A stretch of 64,000 nt of DNA from Candidatus Actinomarina sp. (GCA_038147085.1 JAYQSV010000001.1:810578-874577), one strand, 5' to 3'. Counted from the first letter of the stretch, positions 32,607 to 43,624 are shown. Numbers and translations are program-made. Notes: generated by a model not told the origin, from the letters alone.

Positions 32607-33413
32607 TTAATGCTCTGGATGCAGAGACGTTTGTATATACACTGCAGACAACAATGTAAATATGTATGCCTGCAAAATTGAAACTATTAATTCAAATCCA
32701 TAAATTAAAAGACCTAAAGTAAACCATGCAATACCTACAGGTGCTTTAGAAATAATGTATTCTGAAACTCCAGGCTGGACAATAAAGAAGTATCCAGATG
32801 CTAATAATAAACTCAACATAACATGGCCTGCCACTAAATTTGCAAAGAGTCGGACTGCCAAACTAAATGGTCTAACAAGTAAAACAGAAATTAATTCAAT
32901 AACACCAACTAGTGGTTTTAAAGCTGTTGGAACACCTGAAGGCCAAACAAGATGGGTAATGTACCCAAAACCTTGTTCTCTTACACCAACAAACACAAAT
33001 ATGAAGTAAGTAACAAGACTCAAAAATAATGGTATAGCCATTCTTGAAGTAATAGGAAAATTGATAAACGGTGCTACTTCAAATAAATTTCCAAACAAAA
33101 TAAACAAAAAGATTGATAATAAATAAGGTGTAAACCTCTCCCCACCTCGTCCAATAACTCCAACAGCAATCTCATCTTTTACCAATGAAAAAATTGTTTC
33201 TATAACTGATTGGAGTTTACCTGGAACAACTGACTTCTTTCGTAATCCAAAAAAGACAAGTACTACTGGTATAAGTGCTGCTAGAACAATTAAAATTTCA
33301 GTTCTTGATATTTGAGTTCCAGCAAAATTTCCAAATTCAAAAAGGTCTTTTACGTTTGCTGGTTTACAAACAACTTCATTTATAAAGTCACAAGTCTCTG
33401 CTGCGGTTATCAT
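32607..33413 (-). CDS. atpB: Fo ATP synthase a subunit
   Basis: Conserved Arg context LAVRLFANLVAGH. Operon position. Confidence 0.9.
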   Translation of the reverse strand: MITAAETCDFINEVVCKPANVKDLFEFGNFAGTQISRTEILIVLAALIPVVLVFFGLRKKSVVPGKLQSVIETIFSLVKDEIAVGVIGRGGERFTPYLLSIFLFILFGNLFEVAPFINFPITSRMAIPLFLSLVTYFIFVFVGVREQGFGYITHLVWPSGVPTALKPLVGVIELISVLLVRPFSLAVRLFANLVAGHVMLSLLLASGYFFIVQPGVSEYIISKAPVGIAWFTLGLLIYGFELIVSILQAYIFTLLSAVYIQTSLHPEH

Positions 33414-33801
33414 TTGCCCAATCTAAATCTATGTCTTTTCTCTTAATTACCATAGCCATTTCTATAAATAACATGGCTAAAAACACAATTGGCACTGTCA
33501 AAGACATTGCCAAACTATCAATAGGATAAATGTTTTTAAAAAATAAGAGAAGCCCAAAAATGAAAATTAATCTGAAGAAATAACCAAAAAGTGCAGCAAA
33601 ATAATAGAAATTTAAAGAAATTTTTGCAGCGTAAGACATGATGAATGCACCAAGATAAAACCCAGTTGCAACAATAATTCCAGATATTAAAGAAGTTAAA
33701 AAAGAATCTGTAGATTTAATCAAGAATAAAATTGGAACTAATAAATAAATCGGTGCTGCTCTGAAAAGCATTCTTTTTGCTAATGTAATTTCTACATTCA
33801 C
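33388..33801 (-). CDS. Small polytopic membrane protein at the head of the atp operon (AtpI-like, tentative)
   Basis: 137 aa with about 4 hydrophobic segments. 26-nt overlap with atpB. Assignment rests on position only. Confidence 0.4.
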   Translation of the reverse strand: MNVEITLAKRMLFRAAPIYLLVPILFLIKSTDSFLTSLISGIIVATGFYLGAFIMSYAAKISLNFYYFAALFGYFFRLIFIFGLLLFFKNIYPIDSLAMSLTVPIVFLAMLFIEMAMVIKRKDIDLDWANDNRSRDL

Positions 33802-34007
33802 TTATTTTTCTTTTCCATTTTTTCAGAGTATTTCCACATTTTTCTATACCCATCGTATATACCAACTAAAACAAAAATAATTACTGGAATTGGTTTGTAA
33901 CCAATAAAATTTTGAATAATTAAACCAACAATTAGTCCGCTAATAATAGATGTTGAAAAAGAAGACACGGGTCCATACTCTTCAAATGAAAATTTAGAAT
34001 TAGCCAT
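33798..34007 (-). CDS. AtpZ/AtpI-family small membrane protein (tentative)
   Basis: 69 aa, two TM segments and a basic C-tail. Overlaps the glyA start and the downstream membrane ORF. Assignment rests on position and topology. Confidence 0.4.
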   Translation of the reverse strand: MANSKFSFEEYGPVSSFSTSIISGLIVGLIIQNFIGYKPIPVIIFVLVGIYDGYRKMWKYSEKMEKKNK

Positions 34008-35262
34008 ATGGTTGAAAAGATTTTGCTAATGCTTTTACTTCATTTTCTAAATCTTGCAATTTCTTTTCATCAGATCTATTTTTTAGAATTTCTGTGATTA
34101 GGAATCCAACTTTTCTAAGCTCTTCCTCTTTCATACCACAGGTTGTTACTCCAGGTGTTCCCATTCTTATTCCGGAAGTTATAAACGGTGACCTAGGATC
34201 AAAAGGTATTGCATTCCTATTTAAGGTTATACCTTTACTGTTCAATAAAATTCCTGCTTCTTTTCCAGTTAATTCATCATCTACACTTCTTGTATCAACA
34301 AGAACGATGTGGTTTGTTGTACCACCACTAACAACTCTTAAACCTTGTTCTTTAAACGAATCAGATAATGCAATCGCATTATTTACAATTTGTTGAGAAT
34401 ATTGTTGAAACTCTTCTGTTAAAGCTTCTTTAAAGCAAACTGCCTTTGCAGCAATTTGATTATTTAAAGGACCACCTTGTGCTCCAGGAAACGTGTATTT
34501 ATCTATATCTTTTGCATACTCTTCCTTGCAAAGAATTAATCCACCTCTTGGACCTCTTAAAGCTTTGTGTGTTGTGGCTGTAACTACATCTGCATATGCA
34601 ACAGGATTATCAAGTACTTTTCCTGCTACTAGTCCTATAAAATGAGCTGCATCGACCATGAATTTAGCACCAATTTCATCCGCAATTTCTTTAAACCTCT
34701 TAAAGTCAAGAGGTTGAGAATATGATGAGTAACCAGCAACAATAAGTTTTGGTTTATGTTCTATAGCCATTTCATAGACATTGTCCATATTGATAAGTTC
34801 AGTATCTGGATCAAGTCCATATCCCACAAAATTATAAACCTGGCCAGAAAAATTTACTGGGGAACCATGTGTTAGATGTCCTCCTTGATCTAAAGACATT
34901 CCAAGTACAGTATCACCAGGTTTGATAAGTGCTAAATAAGCGGCCAAATTTGCAGATGAACCCGAGTGTGGTTGAACATTGGCATGTTCTGCATTAAAAA
35001 GTTTGCAGGCACGGTCAATAGCTAGTTGCTCGATTTGATCAATTATTTCACATCCCTCGTAATATCTTCTTCCTGGTACACCTTCTGAATACTTGTTAGT
35101 CAATACTGAACCAGATGCTTCCATGACTGCTTTAGAAGCAAAGTTTTCTGATGCAATGAGATGAATGTGTGTATTTTGTCTATTTAAATCAGCTTCAATT
35201 AATTCACTTATTTCAACATCTGCTGTTGATAAATTTTCTTGAGAAGCACCAGTTTTTGACAT
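34000..35262 (-). CDS. glyA: Serine hydroxymethyltransferase
   Basis: PLP-lysine context [16 protein letters not shown] and typical SHMT sequence. Confidence 0.97.
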   Translation of the reverse strand: MSKTGASQENLSTADVEISELIEADLNRQNTHIHLIASENFASKAVMEASGSVLTNKYSEGVPGRRYYEGCEIIDQIEQLAIDRACKLFNAEHANVQPHSGSSANLAAYLALIKPGDTVLGMSLDQGGHLTHGSPVNFSGQVYNFVGYGLDPDTELINMDNVYEMAIEHKPKLIVAGYSSYSQPLDFKRFKEIADEIGAKFMVDAAHFIGLVAGKVLDNPVAYADVVTATTHKALRGPRGGLILCKEEYAKDIDKYTFPGAQGGPLNNQIAAKAVCFKEALTEEFQQYSQQIVNNAIALSDSFKEQGLRVVSGGTTNHIVLVDTRSVDDELTGKEAGILLNSKGITLNRNAIPFDPRSPFITSGIRMGTPGVTTCGMKEEELRKVGFLITEILKNRSDEKKLQDLENEVKALAKSFQPYG

Positions 35263-35271
35263 AATTATATA

Positions 35272-35853
35272 TTAACAGTAACTTGGAGGCCATTTAAGTG
35301 GCCCTTCTCTTAATATTTCCCATTCCTCTTTAGTAAAATCTACAATTGTTGAGCCACTACCTAGTACTGACTCACCTTCGAGATAATATGCAATCTTTGT
35401 TCCGAACTCATTTTTTGCATCTATATTGTTTAATATATTTTCATTTCCAGAAATATTTGCACTGGTAACAGCTAATGGCCCAGTATTCTTCAATAGTTCG
35501 ATAGCTAATTCATTATCGGGAACTCTGATGCCAATTGTTAATGGATTGTTTGTTCCAACACCATTTGCAAATTTTGCTTTAGTTTCAACAATGATAGTTA
35601 AAGGTCCTGGCCAATATAGTTCTACGACATCTGGAATCTTAGATACAACATCTAATTTACTTATTTCTTCATACGAACTGATTAACACTGAAAGTGGTTT
35701 GTCTAAACTTCGCTCTTTTAATTCAAAAATTTTATCTACAGCACTTTGTGAATAGGGGTCCACTCCAATTCCATAAACTGTTTCAGTAGGAATTCCAATA
35801 ATTTTTCCTTCTTTAACTGCATTGATTGCATCGCCAATATTATTTTTTAGCAA
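35272..35853 (-). CDS. tsaC: L-threonylcarbamoyladenylate synthase (TsaC/YwlC type)
   Basis: IGIPTETVYGIG and PLAVTSAN motifs. Conserved position between prmC and glyA. Confidence 0.85.
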   Translation of the reverse strand: MLKNNIGDAINAVKEGKIIGIPTETVYGIGVDPYSQSAVDKIFELKERSLDKPLSVLISSYEEISKLDVVSKIPDVVELYWPGPLTIIVETKAKFANGVGTNNPLTIGIRVPDNELAIELLKNTGPLAVTSANISGNENILNNIDAKNEFGTKIAYYLEGESVLGSGSTIVDFTKEEWEILREGPLKWPPSYC

Positions 35854-36589
35854 TTATGTACCTATCTCTTTCAACTAAATCTTTAACTAATTTTACCTCC
35901 GTCCAAGTAGATAACCTACTTAGTATTTGATGAGCATGTGATACATCAACCTCTAAGAAAAGAGTTGTATTCTCAAAATTTTTATCTTCAATTTGTGTAA
36001 TCAATTTATTAATGTACAGCATTCCATCTGTACCGCCGTCTAGAGCCAGTAATGGCTCAAACTCAATAACTTCTTTATCCAAAGATGAAAGTGAAGAAGT
36101 AGGAATGTATGGTAAATTGGCAACAATTACATCAAAATCTGTGGACGTAACATTTTCCAATAAATCAGACTGATAAAGATTAATTTCTAAGTTATTGATT
36201 ACTGAGTTTTCATTAGCTAAAGACAGTGCTTCGTCAGAAATATCAATTGCATCAACAGCTGCATTAGGAAATAACTTTTTTAACATTAACGCAATACAGC
36301 CTGAACCTGTACCAACATCTAAGATCTTTTGAGGGTTGCTACATTGCTCTTTAATTAATTCAACGAGATATTCAGTTTCTGGTCTTGGTATTAAAGCTCT
36401 TGAATCTACATTAATTTGAATACTGTAAAAAGGTATATATTCTTCGATGTATTGGAGAGGCTCATGATTGAGTCTTCGAGAAAGCAAGCCTGAGTATACT
36501 TCTCCATAGTCTTCTTGGTTCCCTACAATCTCTTTAGCTTTTTCGCGAAGTCTTGCTAATTCATGTTCAGGGAGTGACTTAATCTCCAT
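35840..36589 (-). CDS. prmC: Release-factor glutamine N5-methyltransferase
   Basis: SAM motif ILDVGTGSGCIA. Motif IV reads NLPY instead of NPPY. Immediately downstream of prfA. Confidence 0.85.
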   Translation of the reverse strand: MEIKSLPEHELARLREKAKEIVGNQEDYGEVYSGLLSRRLNHEPLQYIEEYIPFYSIQINVDSRALIPRPETEYLVELIKEQCSNPQKILDVGTGSGCIALMLKKLFPNAAVDAIDISDEALSLANENSVINNLEINLYQSDLLENVTSTDFDVIVANLPYIPTSSLSSLDKEVIEFEPLLALDGGTDGMLYINKLITQIEDKNFENTTLFLEVDVSHAHQILSRLSTWTEVKLVKDLVERDRYIIAKK

Positions 36590-37671
36590 TAATCTTCCAA
36601 ATTTGCTAGTCGTGAAGCTTCATTGTCGGCAACAAGTGCATCAACAAACTCTTCTAAATCTCCATCTAATACTTGGTCTAATTTTTTTAATGTAAGATTT
36701 ATCCTGTGATCAGATACTCTATTGTCTTTATAGTTATAAGTCCTTATTTTATCTGATCTCTCCCCTGAACCGACTTGTTCCTTGCGATCTTTAGCTCTTT
36801 CTGCTGCAGCTTTATCTTGTTCTGCCTTCAACAACCGAGCACGTAAAATACGCATAGCTTTTTCTTTATTTTGTAATTGAGATTTTTCATCCTGGCAAGA
36901 AACTACAAGTCCAGTTGGGATATGAGTAATTCTAACTGCTGAATCTGTGGTGTTAACGCTCTGTCCCCCAGGTCCACTAGAACGGTATACATCAACTTTT
37001 AAATCATTTTGATCGATTTTAATATCAACTTCTTCAGCTTCTGGTAGCACAGCAACAGTAGCAATTGAGGTGTGTACTCTACCTTGTGATTCAGTTTTAG
37101 GTACGCGTTGTACTCTGTGTGCACCAGCTTCAAACTTTAACTTTGAATAAACACCTTTAGATTTTATTGCAAATATTATCTTTATAAACCCTCCCATATC
37201 GGAGTCTGTAATTTCAATAGGTTCTACTTTCCAACCTTTTCTTTCAGCAAATCGTGTATACATTTTATACAAATCACCAACCCATATTGCTGCTTCTTCA
37301 CCACCAGCACCAGGTCTTATTTCAACAAGTACATCTTTATCATCAGATGGATCTTTGGGCAGCAATGAAATTTTAATTTTTTGAACCAAGATATTTCTTT
37401 TTGATTTATTTTCATCAATTAAATTTTCAAACTCAATTTTCATATTTTCGTCGGATTCAACTTCAAGCAATTCTTTAGCTTCTTCAATGTCGGTATTAGC
37501 ATTTTTCCATTGAGCATATAAATTTACAATCTCGTTTAAATCACTATGTTTTTTAGCCATTTCAGCATAAGTTGATTGATCTTTTGATATGTCAATCTCT
37601 GACAACTGTTTTTCTACTTCTGTTAATGAAACTTCAATCGAATTCAGTTTATTAATTAATGATTTATCCAT
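36589..37671 (-). CDS. prfA: Peptide chain release factor 1
   Basis: GGQ motif [11 protein letters not shown] and PxT-type recognition region [14 protein letters not shown]. Confidence 0.97.
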   Translation of the reverse strand: MDKSLINKLNSIEVSLTEVEKQLSEIDISKDQSTYAEMAKKHSDLNEIVNLYAQWKNANTDIEEAKELLEVESDENMKIEFENLIDENKSKRNILVQKIKISLLPKDPSDDKDVLVEIRPGAGGEEAAIWVGDLYKMYTRFAERKGWKVEPIEITDSDMGGFIKIIFAIKSKGVYSKLKFEAGAHRVQRVPKTESQGRVHTSIATVAVLPEAEEVDIKIDQNDLKVDVYRSSGPGGQSVNTTDSAVRITHIPTGLVVSCQDEKSQLQNKEKAMRILRARLLKAEQDKAAAERAKDRKEQVGSGERSDKIRTYNYKDNRVSDHRINLTLKKLDQVLDGDLEEFVDALVADNEASRLANLED

Positions 37672-38578
37672 GATTTACCTCCTTAGCGTTACTAAGAATT
37701 ATTTCAAATTTATTAGTCTGTTCTGAATTTGATATACAGTTAGCCATTGCTAATATTGCAACTTCAATCTGTTCATTTGAAGGTACTTTAGTAGTTATTT
37801 TTTGAGTCCATATACCAGGTGATGCAAAGAATTTAGCAATTAATGACGAACTATTTTTGAAATTGAATTTCAATATTTCATAAGATATCATTGCAACTAA
37901 ACCAACATGTAAAATCCTTGTAATTGCAGTTAGAAAAAGATTTAGGTTTGGAATAAAAGGTAACGTTAACAAACTTACAAAAACAATTAAAAATAAAAAT
38001 GAAGTTCCACATCTAATGTGTTCTTTAGGGTATTTTTTGACATCATTAAAATCTAAAGATTGCATATCCTCATATGCTGCAATTGTCATATGCTCAGCAC
38101 CATGATATTCGAACAATTCCTGTGCATCTTTTGTCTTTCCAATCAGGTAGATATAGATGATTACGATTATTCCTCTTAATACTCCTTCAAGTAAACCTGT
38201 AGAAATTTGGGAATATTCTATTTGCTCAACCAAAACTCTTGGACCTGCAATCATTAAAACTAATATCCCAATTAGGGCTGTGTAAGAAAATATCTTGGAT
38301 AACAAGCTCTCTTCGTATTCTTCAAATTCTGAATAGATTTTCTCAGAGAGCGTAATTGCTTTTACACCTACATACAGTGAATCAATTAAAGCAGCTAAAC
38401 CTCTTATTAAAGGTGCTCCCCAAAATTTTGATCGCTTTATTAAAGGTATTCTTTCTTGATAATATCTTTGTAAATTATTACTTCGATCTCTAATACCTAA
38501 AGACCAACCTGTTGGACTTTGTATTAGCACACCACCAATTACAGCTTGGCCACCATAGGAAATATCTATATCAGACAT
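37664..38578 (-). CDS. DUF1385-family membrane protein
   Basis: N-terminus [15 protein letters not shown] and the YHGAEH motif typical of DUF1385. Conserved location upstream of prfA. Confidence 0.7.
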   Translation of the reverse strand: MSDIDISYGGQAVIGGVLIQSPTGWSLGIRDRSNNLQRYYQERIPLIKRSKFWGAPLIRGLAALIDSLYVGVKAITLSEKIYSEFEEYEESLLSKIFSYTALIGILVLMIAGPRVLVEQIEYSQISTGLLEGVLRGIIVIIYIYLIGKTKDAQELFEYHGAEHMTIAAYEDMQSLDFNDVKKYPKEHIRCGTSFLFLIVFVSLLTLPFIPNLNLFLTAITRILHVGLVAMISYEILKFNFKNSSSLIAKFFASPGIWTQKITTKVPSNEQIEVAILAMANCISNSEQTNKFEIILSNAKEVNHG

Positions 38579-38598
38579 AAGTCAGAATGTTAAAGAAG

Positions 38599-38892
38599 TT
38601 ATTCTTCTTCTTGAGAAGAAGTTTCTTGTTTAGGTGCTTGTCTTGTACTAGTTGAACCGTATCGTTGTTTGAATCTCTCAACTCGTCCTGTTGAGTCAAC
38701 AAGTTTTTGTTTACCAGTAAAAAATGGATGGCTTGCACTAGAAATATCAAGTTTAACTAGTGGATACTCTTTACCGTCTTCCCAGGTAATTGTTTCACTT
38801 GTCTTAATAGTTGATCTTGTTAAAAACGCAAAACCTGCGTCTTCGTCTTGGAAAACTACTTCTTTATAATCTGGATGAATACCTTGTTTCAT
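38599..38892 (-). CDS. rpmE: Ribosomal protein L31, type B (no CxxC zinc site), with a Ser/Glu-rich C-terminal tail
   Basis: [16 protein letters not shown]...[21 protein letters not shown] matches the Cys-less L31 paralog type. Confidence 0.9.
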   Translation of the reverse strand: MKQGIHPDYKEVVFQDEDAGFAFLTRSTIKTSETITWEDGKEYPLVKLDISSASHPFFTGKQKLVDSTGRVERFKQRYGSTSTRQAPKQETSSQEEE

Positions 38893-38906
38893 AGTTCTAC
38901 TTTACA

Positions 38907-40259
38907 TCAAACTTTAGTTTTTGCGACATCCTTTAAGAATGCATCATTACTTTTTGTTTCTCTTAATTTATCTAATAAAAGTTCTGTAGCGGCTCCACCT
39001 TCTAATGCAACAAGCACTCTTCTTAAAGTCCAAAGAGACTGTAGTTCTTGTGGAGAAACAAGTCTTTGCTCTTCTCTAGTTCCAGATGGAGTAACATCGA
39101 TAGCAGGAAAAACTCTTTTATCAGCTAGTTGTCTATCTAACCTAAGTTCCATATTTCCAGTTCCTTTAAACTCTTCAAAAATAACTTCATCCATTTTTGA
39201 ACCAGTTTCTACAAGCGCTGTACCTAAAATTGTTAAGCTACCACCACCTTCAATATTTCTAGCTGCACCAAAGAATTGCTTTGGAGGTGTTAAAGCAGTT
39301 GAATCAACACCACCTGATAGAATTCTTCCGCTAGCCGGTGTTGCAAGGTTGTGAGCTCGAGCAAGACGAGTAATAGAATCAAGTAAAATAACAACATCTT
39401 TACCTTCTTCAACTAATCTTTTCGCTCTTTCAATAGCTAACTTAGATACTTGAGTGTGCTCTTCTGGAGGTCTATCAAAAGTAGAGTACACTACTTCACC
39501 ATTGACTGATCTTTGCATATCTGTAACTTCTTCAGGTCTTTCATCAACCAAAACTACCATTAGGTAAACTTCAGGATTGTTTGTAGTAATTGAGTTTGCA
39601 ATCTCTTTAAGAATTGTCGTTTTACCTGCTTTTGGAGGAGACACAATAAGTCCTCTCTGACCTTTACCAATTGGCGCAATAAGATCAATTATTCTTGGGA
39701 CTATTTTTTCAGGTTTTCCATCTATTTCTAGTTTTAATCTTTCATCTGGAAATAGTGGTGTAAGTGTATTGAAATCTACCCTTCTAGCAAGCAATTCAGG
39801 ATCTGCATCATTAACAGTTTTAGGTTCAATAAGTGCTGGATACTTTTCTTTTTGTCGAGGTGCTCTTATTGGTCCTTCAACTAAATCACCTTTTCTCATT
39901 CTAAATTTTTTTATAGTACCAGCAGCTACATAAACATCTTCTTCACTTGGTTTGTAGCCATTACATCGTAGAAAACCATATCCTTCAGGTAGTATGTCAA
40001 GTAAACCTTTTCTAGTGTCCCCTTCCATGATTTCACTGTCTCCTGAGCTTACAACGGAAGGTGAATCGTCTTCTACAGGCGAGGTTGAAATTACTTCTGC
40101 AACTGACACTTCAGAGTCATCAATTATGCTATCGCTATGTTCAACTAATAAATCTATAAGTTTTGCTTTTTGCAAGCCAGAATGTTCAATTCCCAAACTT
40201 TCTGCAATAGACCTTAAATCTGCGACTGGTTTATTTTGTAATTGTGACCTTGCGGACAT
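38907..40259 (-). CDS. rho: Transcription termination factor Rho
   Basis: Walker A PPKAGKTT, RNA-binding domain GYGFLR and a short acidic/Ser-rich N-terminal insertion. Confidence 0.97.
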   Translation of the reverse strand: MSARSQLQNKPVADLRSIAESLGIEHSGLQKAKLIDLLVEHSDSIIDDSEVSVAEVISTSPVEDDSPSVVSSGDSEIMEGDTRKGLLDILPEGYGFLRCNGYKPSEEDVYVAAGTIKKFRMRKGDLVEGPIRAPRQKEKYPALIEPKTVNDADPELLARRVDFNTLTPLFPDERLKLEIDGKPEKIVPRIIDLIAPIGKGQRGLIVSPPKAGKTTILKEIANSITTNNPEVYLMVVLVDERPEEVTDMQRSVNGEVVYSTFDRPPEEHTQVSKLAIERAKRLVEEGKDVVILLDSITRLARAHNLATPASGRILSGGVDSTALTPPKQFFGAARNIEGGGSLTILGTALVETGSKMDEVIFEEFKGTGNMELRLDRQLADKRVFPAIDVTPSGTREEQRLVSPQELQSLWTLRRVLVALEGGAATELLLDKLRETKSNDAFLKDVAKTKV

Positions 40260-40540
40260 ATTATCTCCTAATTAAATCAATTTTTTAGAAATGATTTGTG
40301 AATTTTTTTGTCTGAAAGACACTTTCATTATATACATAGTTTTTTTAAAAAGTTATTTTTTATTTTAATTTTTATTTTTAAAAAATATAGAGTAAGGAAC
40401 AACTACTATCAAAGAAATTAAATAGTACAACACTCCAAAAATTGCAATCTCTGGTAGTCCTAAAACTAAAGAAAATGTTAAAACTATTGGAAAATTTTGG
40501 CATACAGCTTCAATAAAATCAAAACGAAAAAAATATTCTT

Positions 40541-41863
40541 TTAGAAATACTGGTTAATCGCATCTTCAATAATGCTTATTTCGTTTTTAAGAATTAGAAA
40601 CTCCTCCTCGTTTTGAAAAGTGTGAGTAGTAAATTCTGGAATAACAGTACTGATGACGTCTTCAAATTTATCAGGTGATGCAGTAGATACACCAACAGTA
40701 GGAAGTTTGGTAGAGAATTGTATTGATGATGCTAATGCTGTAGCTGTATGAGGATCTATAACTCTTTTATTAACTGTATAAAAGTTTTTCACTTCTTTTA
40801 AAATATCTTCGTCACTATATGATGATGAAGAAAAGATACTTGTTAGTCTTTTATGTGTTGATGTTTTAAGTGAAGCTTTGTGCTCATTTTGAAGCTGATC
40901 ATAAAAGCTATTAGTTGGTCCTGCTAAATCGTAAATTAACCTCTCTAAGCTTGATGGAATCTGAATATCCATACTTGGTGCAATAGTTTTCACTGTATGC
41001 TTTGGCTCTAAAGTTCCTGTTTTAATAAATCTTGTAAGCACATCATTACTATTAGAGGCACAGAATATTTCATTAATTGCAAGTCCATTGCTTCTTCCAA
41101 ACCATGCTGAATACGCATTGCCAAAATTTCCTGATGGTATTGCAACATTTATAGGCGAACTAAATTGTTTTGTAAGCCAAACGTAATATGCAGTTTGACC
41201 CATAACTCTTAGCCAGTTAATAGAATTTAACGAGACTACACGTTTCTTGAATGCATTTTTTTGAAGCAGTGATTTAGCAATGTGTTGGCAGTCATCGTAA
41301 CTTCCTTCTATAGCTATGTTTAAGACATTATCTTCAATAACTTCTGTCATTTGTCTTCTTTGGTACTCACTTATTTTTTCATATGGATGTAGTACAACAA
41401 TATCAATATTGCTTGATCTTTTAACAGCTTCAATAGCTGCACTACCTGTATCCCCACTTGTTGCAACAATTACTAAACCCCTTTCTCCAAGTTCTGCCAG
41501 ACGTTTATCAGCTATTGCACCTAAGGGTTGGAGAGCATAATCTTTAAAAGATTTTGTAGGACCGTGAAACAACTCCATTACAAATTTATCAGTTGAAATT
41601 TCTTTCAGTGTTGGTTCCGGGGAAGTAAAACCTGGATACAAATCTAAATTTTCAACATATGTTGCAGCACTTTTATCAAGTGCAATAAATATAGTTTTTA
41701 CAAAGTCTTCATAACTTAAATCTTCTTGAGTGAGATAACTTAAATTCTCTAATGTAATTCCATCTGGTAGGTATAAACCTCCATCATCAGCAACACCAGA
41801 TAAAATAACCTCTTTAAAAGTAAGGCTATTTTTGTTGCCTCTCGTCGAATGATAAGTAACCAC
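40541..41863 (-). CDS. thrC: Threonine synthase
   Basis: YHSTRG start and PLP-lysine context PTKSFKDYAL. GTG start. Confidence 0.93.
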   Translation of the reverse strand: MVTYHSTRGNKNSLTFKEVILSGVADDGGLYLPDGITLENLSYLTQEDLSYEDFVKTIFIALDKSAATYVENLDLYPGFTSPEPTLKEISTDKFVMELFHGPTKSFKDYALQPLGAIADKRLAELGERGLVIVATSGDTGSAAIEAVKRSSNIDIVVLHPYEKISEYQRRQMTEVIEDNVLNIAIEGSYDDCQHIAKSLLQKNAFKKRVVSLNSINWLRVMGQTAYYVWLTKQFSSPINVAIPSGNFGNAYSAWFGRSNGLAINEIFCASNSNDVLTRFIKTGTLEPKHTVKTIAPSMDIQIPSSLERLIYDLAGPTNSFYDQLQNEHKASLKTSTHKRLTSIFSSSSYSDEDILKEVKNFYTVNKRVIDPHTATALASSIQFSTKLPTVGVSTASPDKFEDVISTVIPEFTTHTFQNEEEFLILKNEISIIEDAINQYF

Positions 41864-41867
41864 GTAT

Positions 41868-43127
41868 TTATGAATAGACTCTTATGGTTGAAGTTACTGA
41901 ACCAACAGCATCGAGGTTTCTAATATTATCAACAGCATTTGTTAGATTTGCTTCTGTTGCCTCATGAGTAACAAGTACTAATTCTGCATTGTCTCCTCTG
42001 CCCTCTTGTATAACACTTTCAATACTGACATTTTGATCACCAAATAGACCTGCAATTGACGCCAGCACACCAGGTTCGTCTTTGACTGATAATCTAATAA
42101 ACCAACTTGATTCAACATTTTCAATGGATTTACTTCCTTGTTCAAAAGTTCTCAGTGGATACCAATTGGTGCGACTACTTTCCAATTGATGACAAGCACT
42201 AAGGACATCCCCAATGATTGCACTAGCAGTTGGAGCTGGTCCAGCACCAGGTCCTGAAAAGACAAGTTGATTAATGTTTGTACCTTCGACTAGAACAGCA
42301 TTTAACGCACCTCTAATTGAAGCAAGGGGGTGCTTAGCATCAACGAGAACTGGATACACACGAGCATTAAAACCAAATTCTCCATTATCTAACTGTGCTA
42401 CTAATTTAATGGTCTTACCTAATCTTTTAGCCCAGTCAAAATCCTCTTTTGTAATATTTGATATTCCCTCTGTAAATACTTCATTAGGCATTGGAGAAAC
42501 TCCAAAACATAATAAGGAGAGAATCATTGCTTTATATTTTGCATCTATCCCCTCTACATCATTTGTTGGATCAGGTTCTGCATATCCTAATGCTTTTGCA
42601 TTTTCCAAAGCATCTTCGTATGTACTGCCTTCCTCCATAGAAGTTAAAATATAATTACTTGTTCCATTAATTATTCCAGCAACACGTTCCAAATTTTCGC
42701 CTCGTAGACTTTCGATTAATGGTTTGAGAACTGGTATTCCAGCAGCCACTGCAGCTTCAAAATATAGACAAACATTATTTTTTTGAGCAATTGTTATTAG
42801 CTCTTCACCACAGTCAGCAATAATATCTTTATTTGCAGTAATAACAGATTTTCCATTTTCAAGCAGAGACTTTATATACTCTTTTCCAGGATTGAGTCCA
42901 CCTAAAACTTCTATTACCAACTGAATCGAATCATCATTGAGTATCTCTTCAAAACTATTTGTAGCAAGAGAAGCATCAAAATCTCTATCTTTTGAGGTAT
43001 CTGTAACTAATACTTTTTTTAATGAAATGTTTACAAGTTCACTATCAAGATTTAACAATCTATCAATAACAGTAGAGCCTATGTTTCCAGCACCTAAAAC
43101 AGCTACGGTATAAGTATTATTTTGCAT
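41868..43127 (-). CDS. hom: Homoserine dehydrogenase
   Basis: N-terminal GAGNIGS Rossmann motif, central catalytic domain and a C-terminal ACT domain. Confidence 0.93.
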   Translation of the reverse strand: MQNNTYTVAVLGAGNIGSTVIDRLLNLDSELVNISLKKVLVTDTSKDRDFDASLATNSFEEILNDDSIQLVIEVLGGLNPGKEYIKSLLENGKSVITANKDIIADCGEELITIAQKNNVCLYFEAAVAAGIPVLKPLIESLRGENLERVAGIINGTSNYILTSMEEGSTYEDALENAKALGYAEPDPTNDVEGIDAKYKAMILSLLCFGVSPMPNEVFTEGISNITKEDFDWAKRLGKTIKLVAQLDNGEFGFNARVYPVLVDAKHPLASIRGALNAVLVEGTNINQLVFSGPGAGPAPTASAIIGDVLSACHQLESSRTNWYPLRTFEQGSKSIENVESSWFIRLSVKDEPGVLASIAGLFGDQNVSIESVIQEGRGDNAELVLVTHEATEANLTNAVDNIRNLDAVGSVTSTIRVYS

Positions 43128-43175
43128 AATTAGTAAGGATAAATGCTAATTAATTTGAAACAAGATGATTTTTAA

Positions 43176-43622
43176 TTAGGATATTTTTTCTCTAACTAAT
43201 CTACTGACTGTTGACCCATCTAAACCATCAGCTTTAGCCATGACAGCTCCAATAATTTTACCCATTTGAGACATGTCAACATCACCTAATTCAGCAAGGA
43301 CATCATCAATTATTTTTGATACCTCTTCCTCGCTTAATTGTTCAGGTAACCACTCACTTAAATAATCTATTTCAAATTGTATCTTTGCAGCCATTTCAAT
43401 ACCACGTTCTCCAAGTGAGTTGTATTCTTCTACAGCTTTTACCATTTTTTTAACATAAGAAGAGATCACACCAAGAACTAATGCATCCGTTGCCTCTTCC
43501 CCTTTTTCAGCTTTTTTCTTTGCTACCTCAGTTTGGACTTGACGAATCGCATCTAATTTGGGTTTATCTTTAGCTTTCATTGCATCTTTGAGAGCGGTAC
43601 TTAAATCATCTATTAATGCCAT
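43176..43622 (-). CDS. GatB/YqeY domain protein
   Basis: LKDAMKAKDKPKLDAIR start typical of YqeY. Confidence 0.8.
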   Translation of the reverse strand: MALIDDLSTALKDAMKAKDKPKLDAIRQVQTEVAKKKAEKGEEATDALVLGVISSYVKKMVKAVEEYNSLGERGIEMAAKIQFEIDYLSEWLPEQLSEEEVSKIIDDVLAELGDVDMSQMGKIIGAVMAKADGLDGSTVSRLVREKIS

Positions 43623-43624
43623 AG

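Noticed and set aside
38848-39354. 168-aa ORF on the plus strand. Similar antisense ORFs occur at 15658-15984, 16938-17243, 35426-35755, 42274-42654, 48950-49351 and 34094-34396.
   Set aside because: All lie entirely inside strongly supported genes on the opposite strand or another frame (rho, gltB, amt, tsaC, hom, tatD, glyA). Their products are low-complexity Ser/Leu/Phe-rich, typical of shadow ORFs in AT-rich DNA.
40383-40545. Minus-strand frame in the thrC-rho spacer encoding a hydrophobic two-TM-like peptide (…FPIVLTFSLVLGLPEIAIFGVLYYLISLIVVVPYSIFFKNKN).
   Set aside because: There is no ATG/GTG/TTG start or SD upstream of the hydrophobic part; only ATT or late GTG/TTG are available. T-rich DNA produces Phe/Leu/Ile-rich frames by chance. 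The ATG-initiated alternative frame (41 aa) is not protein-like.
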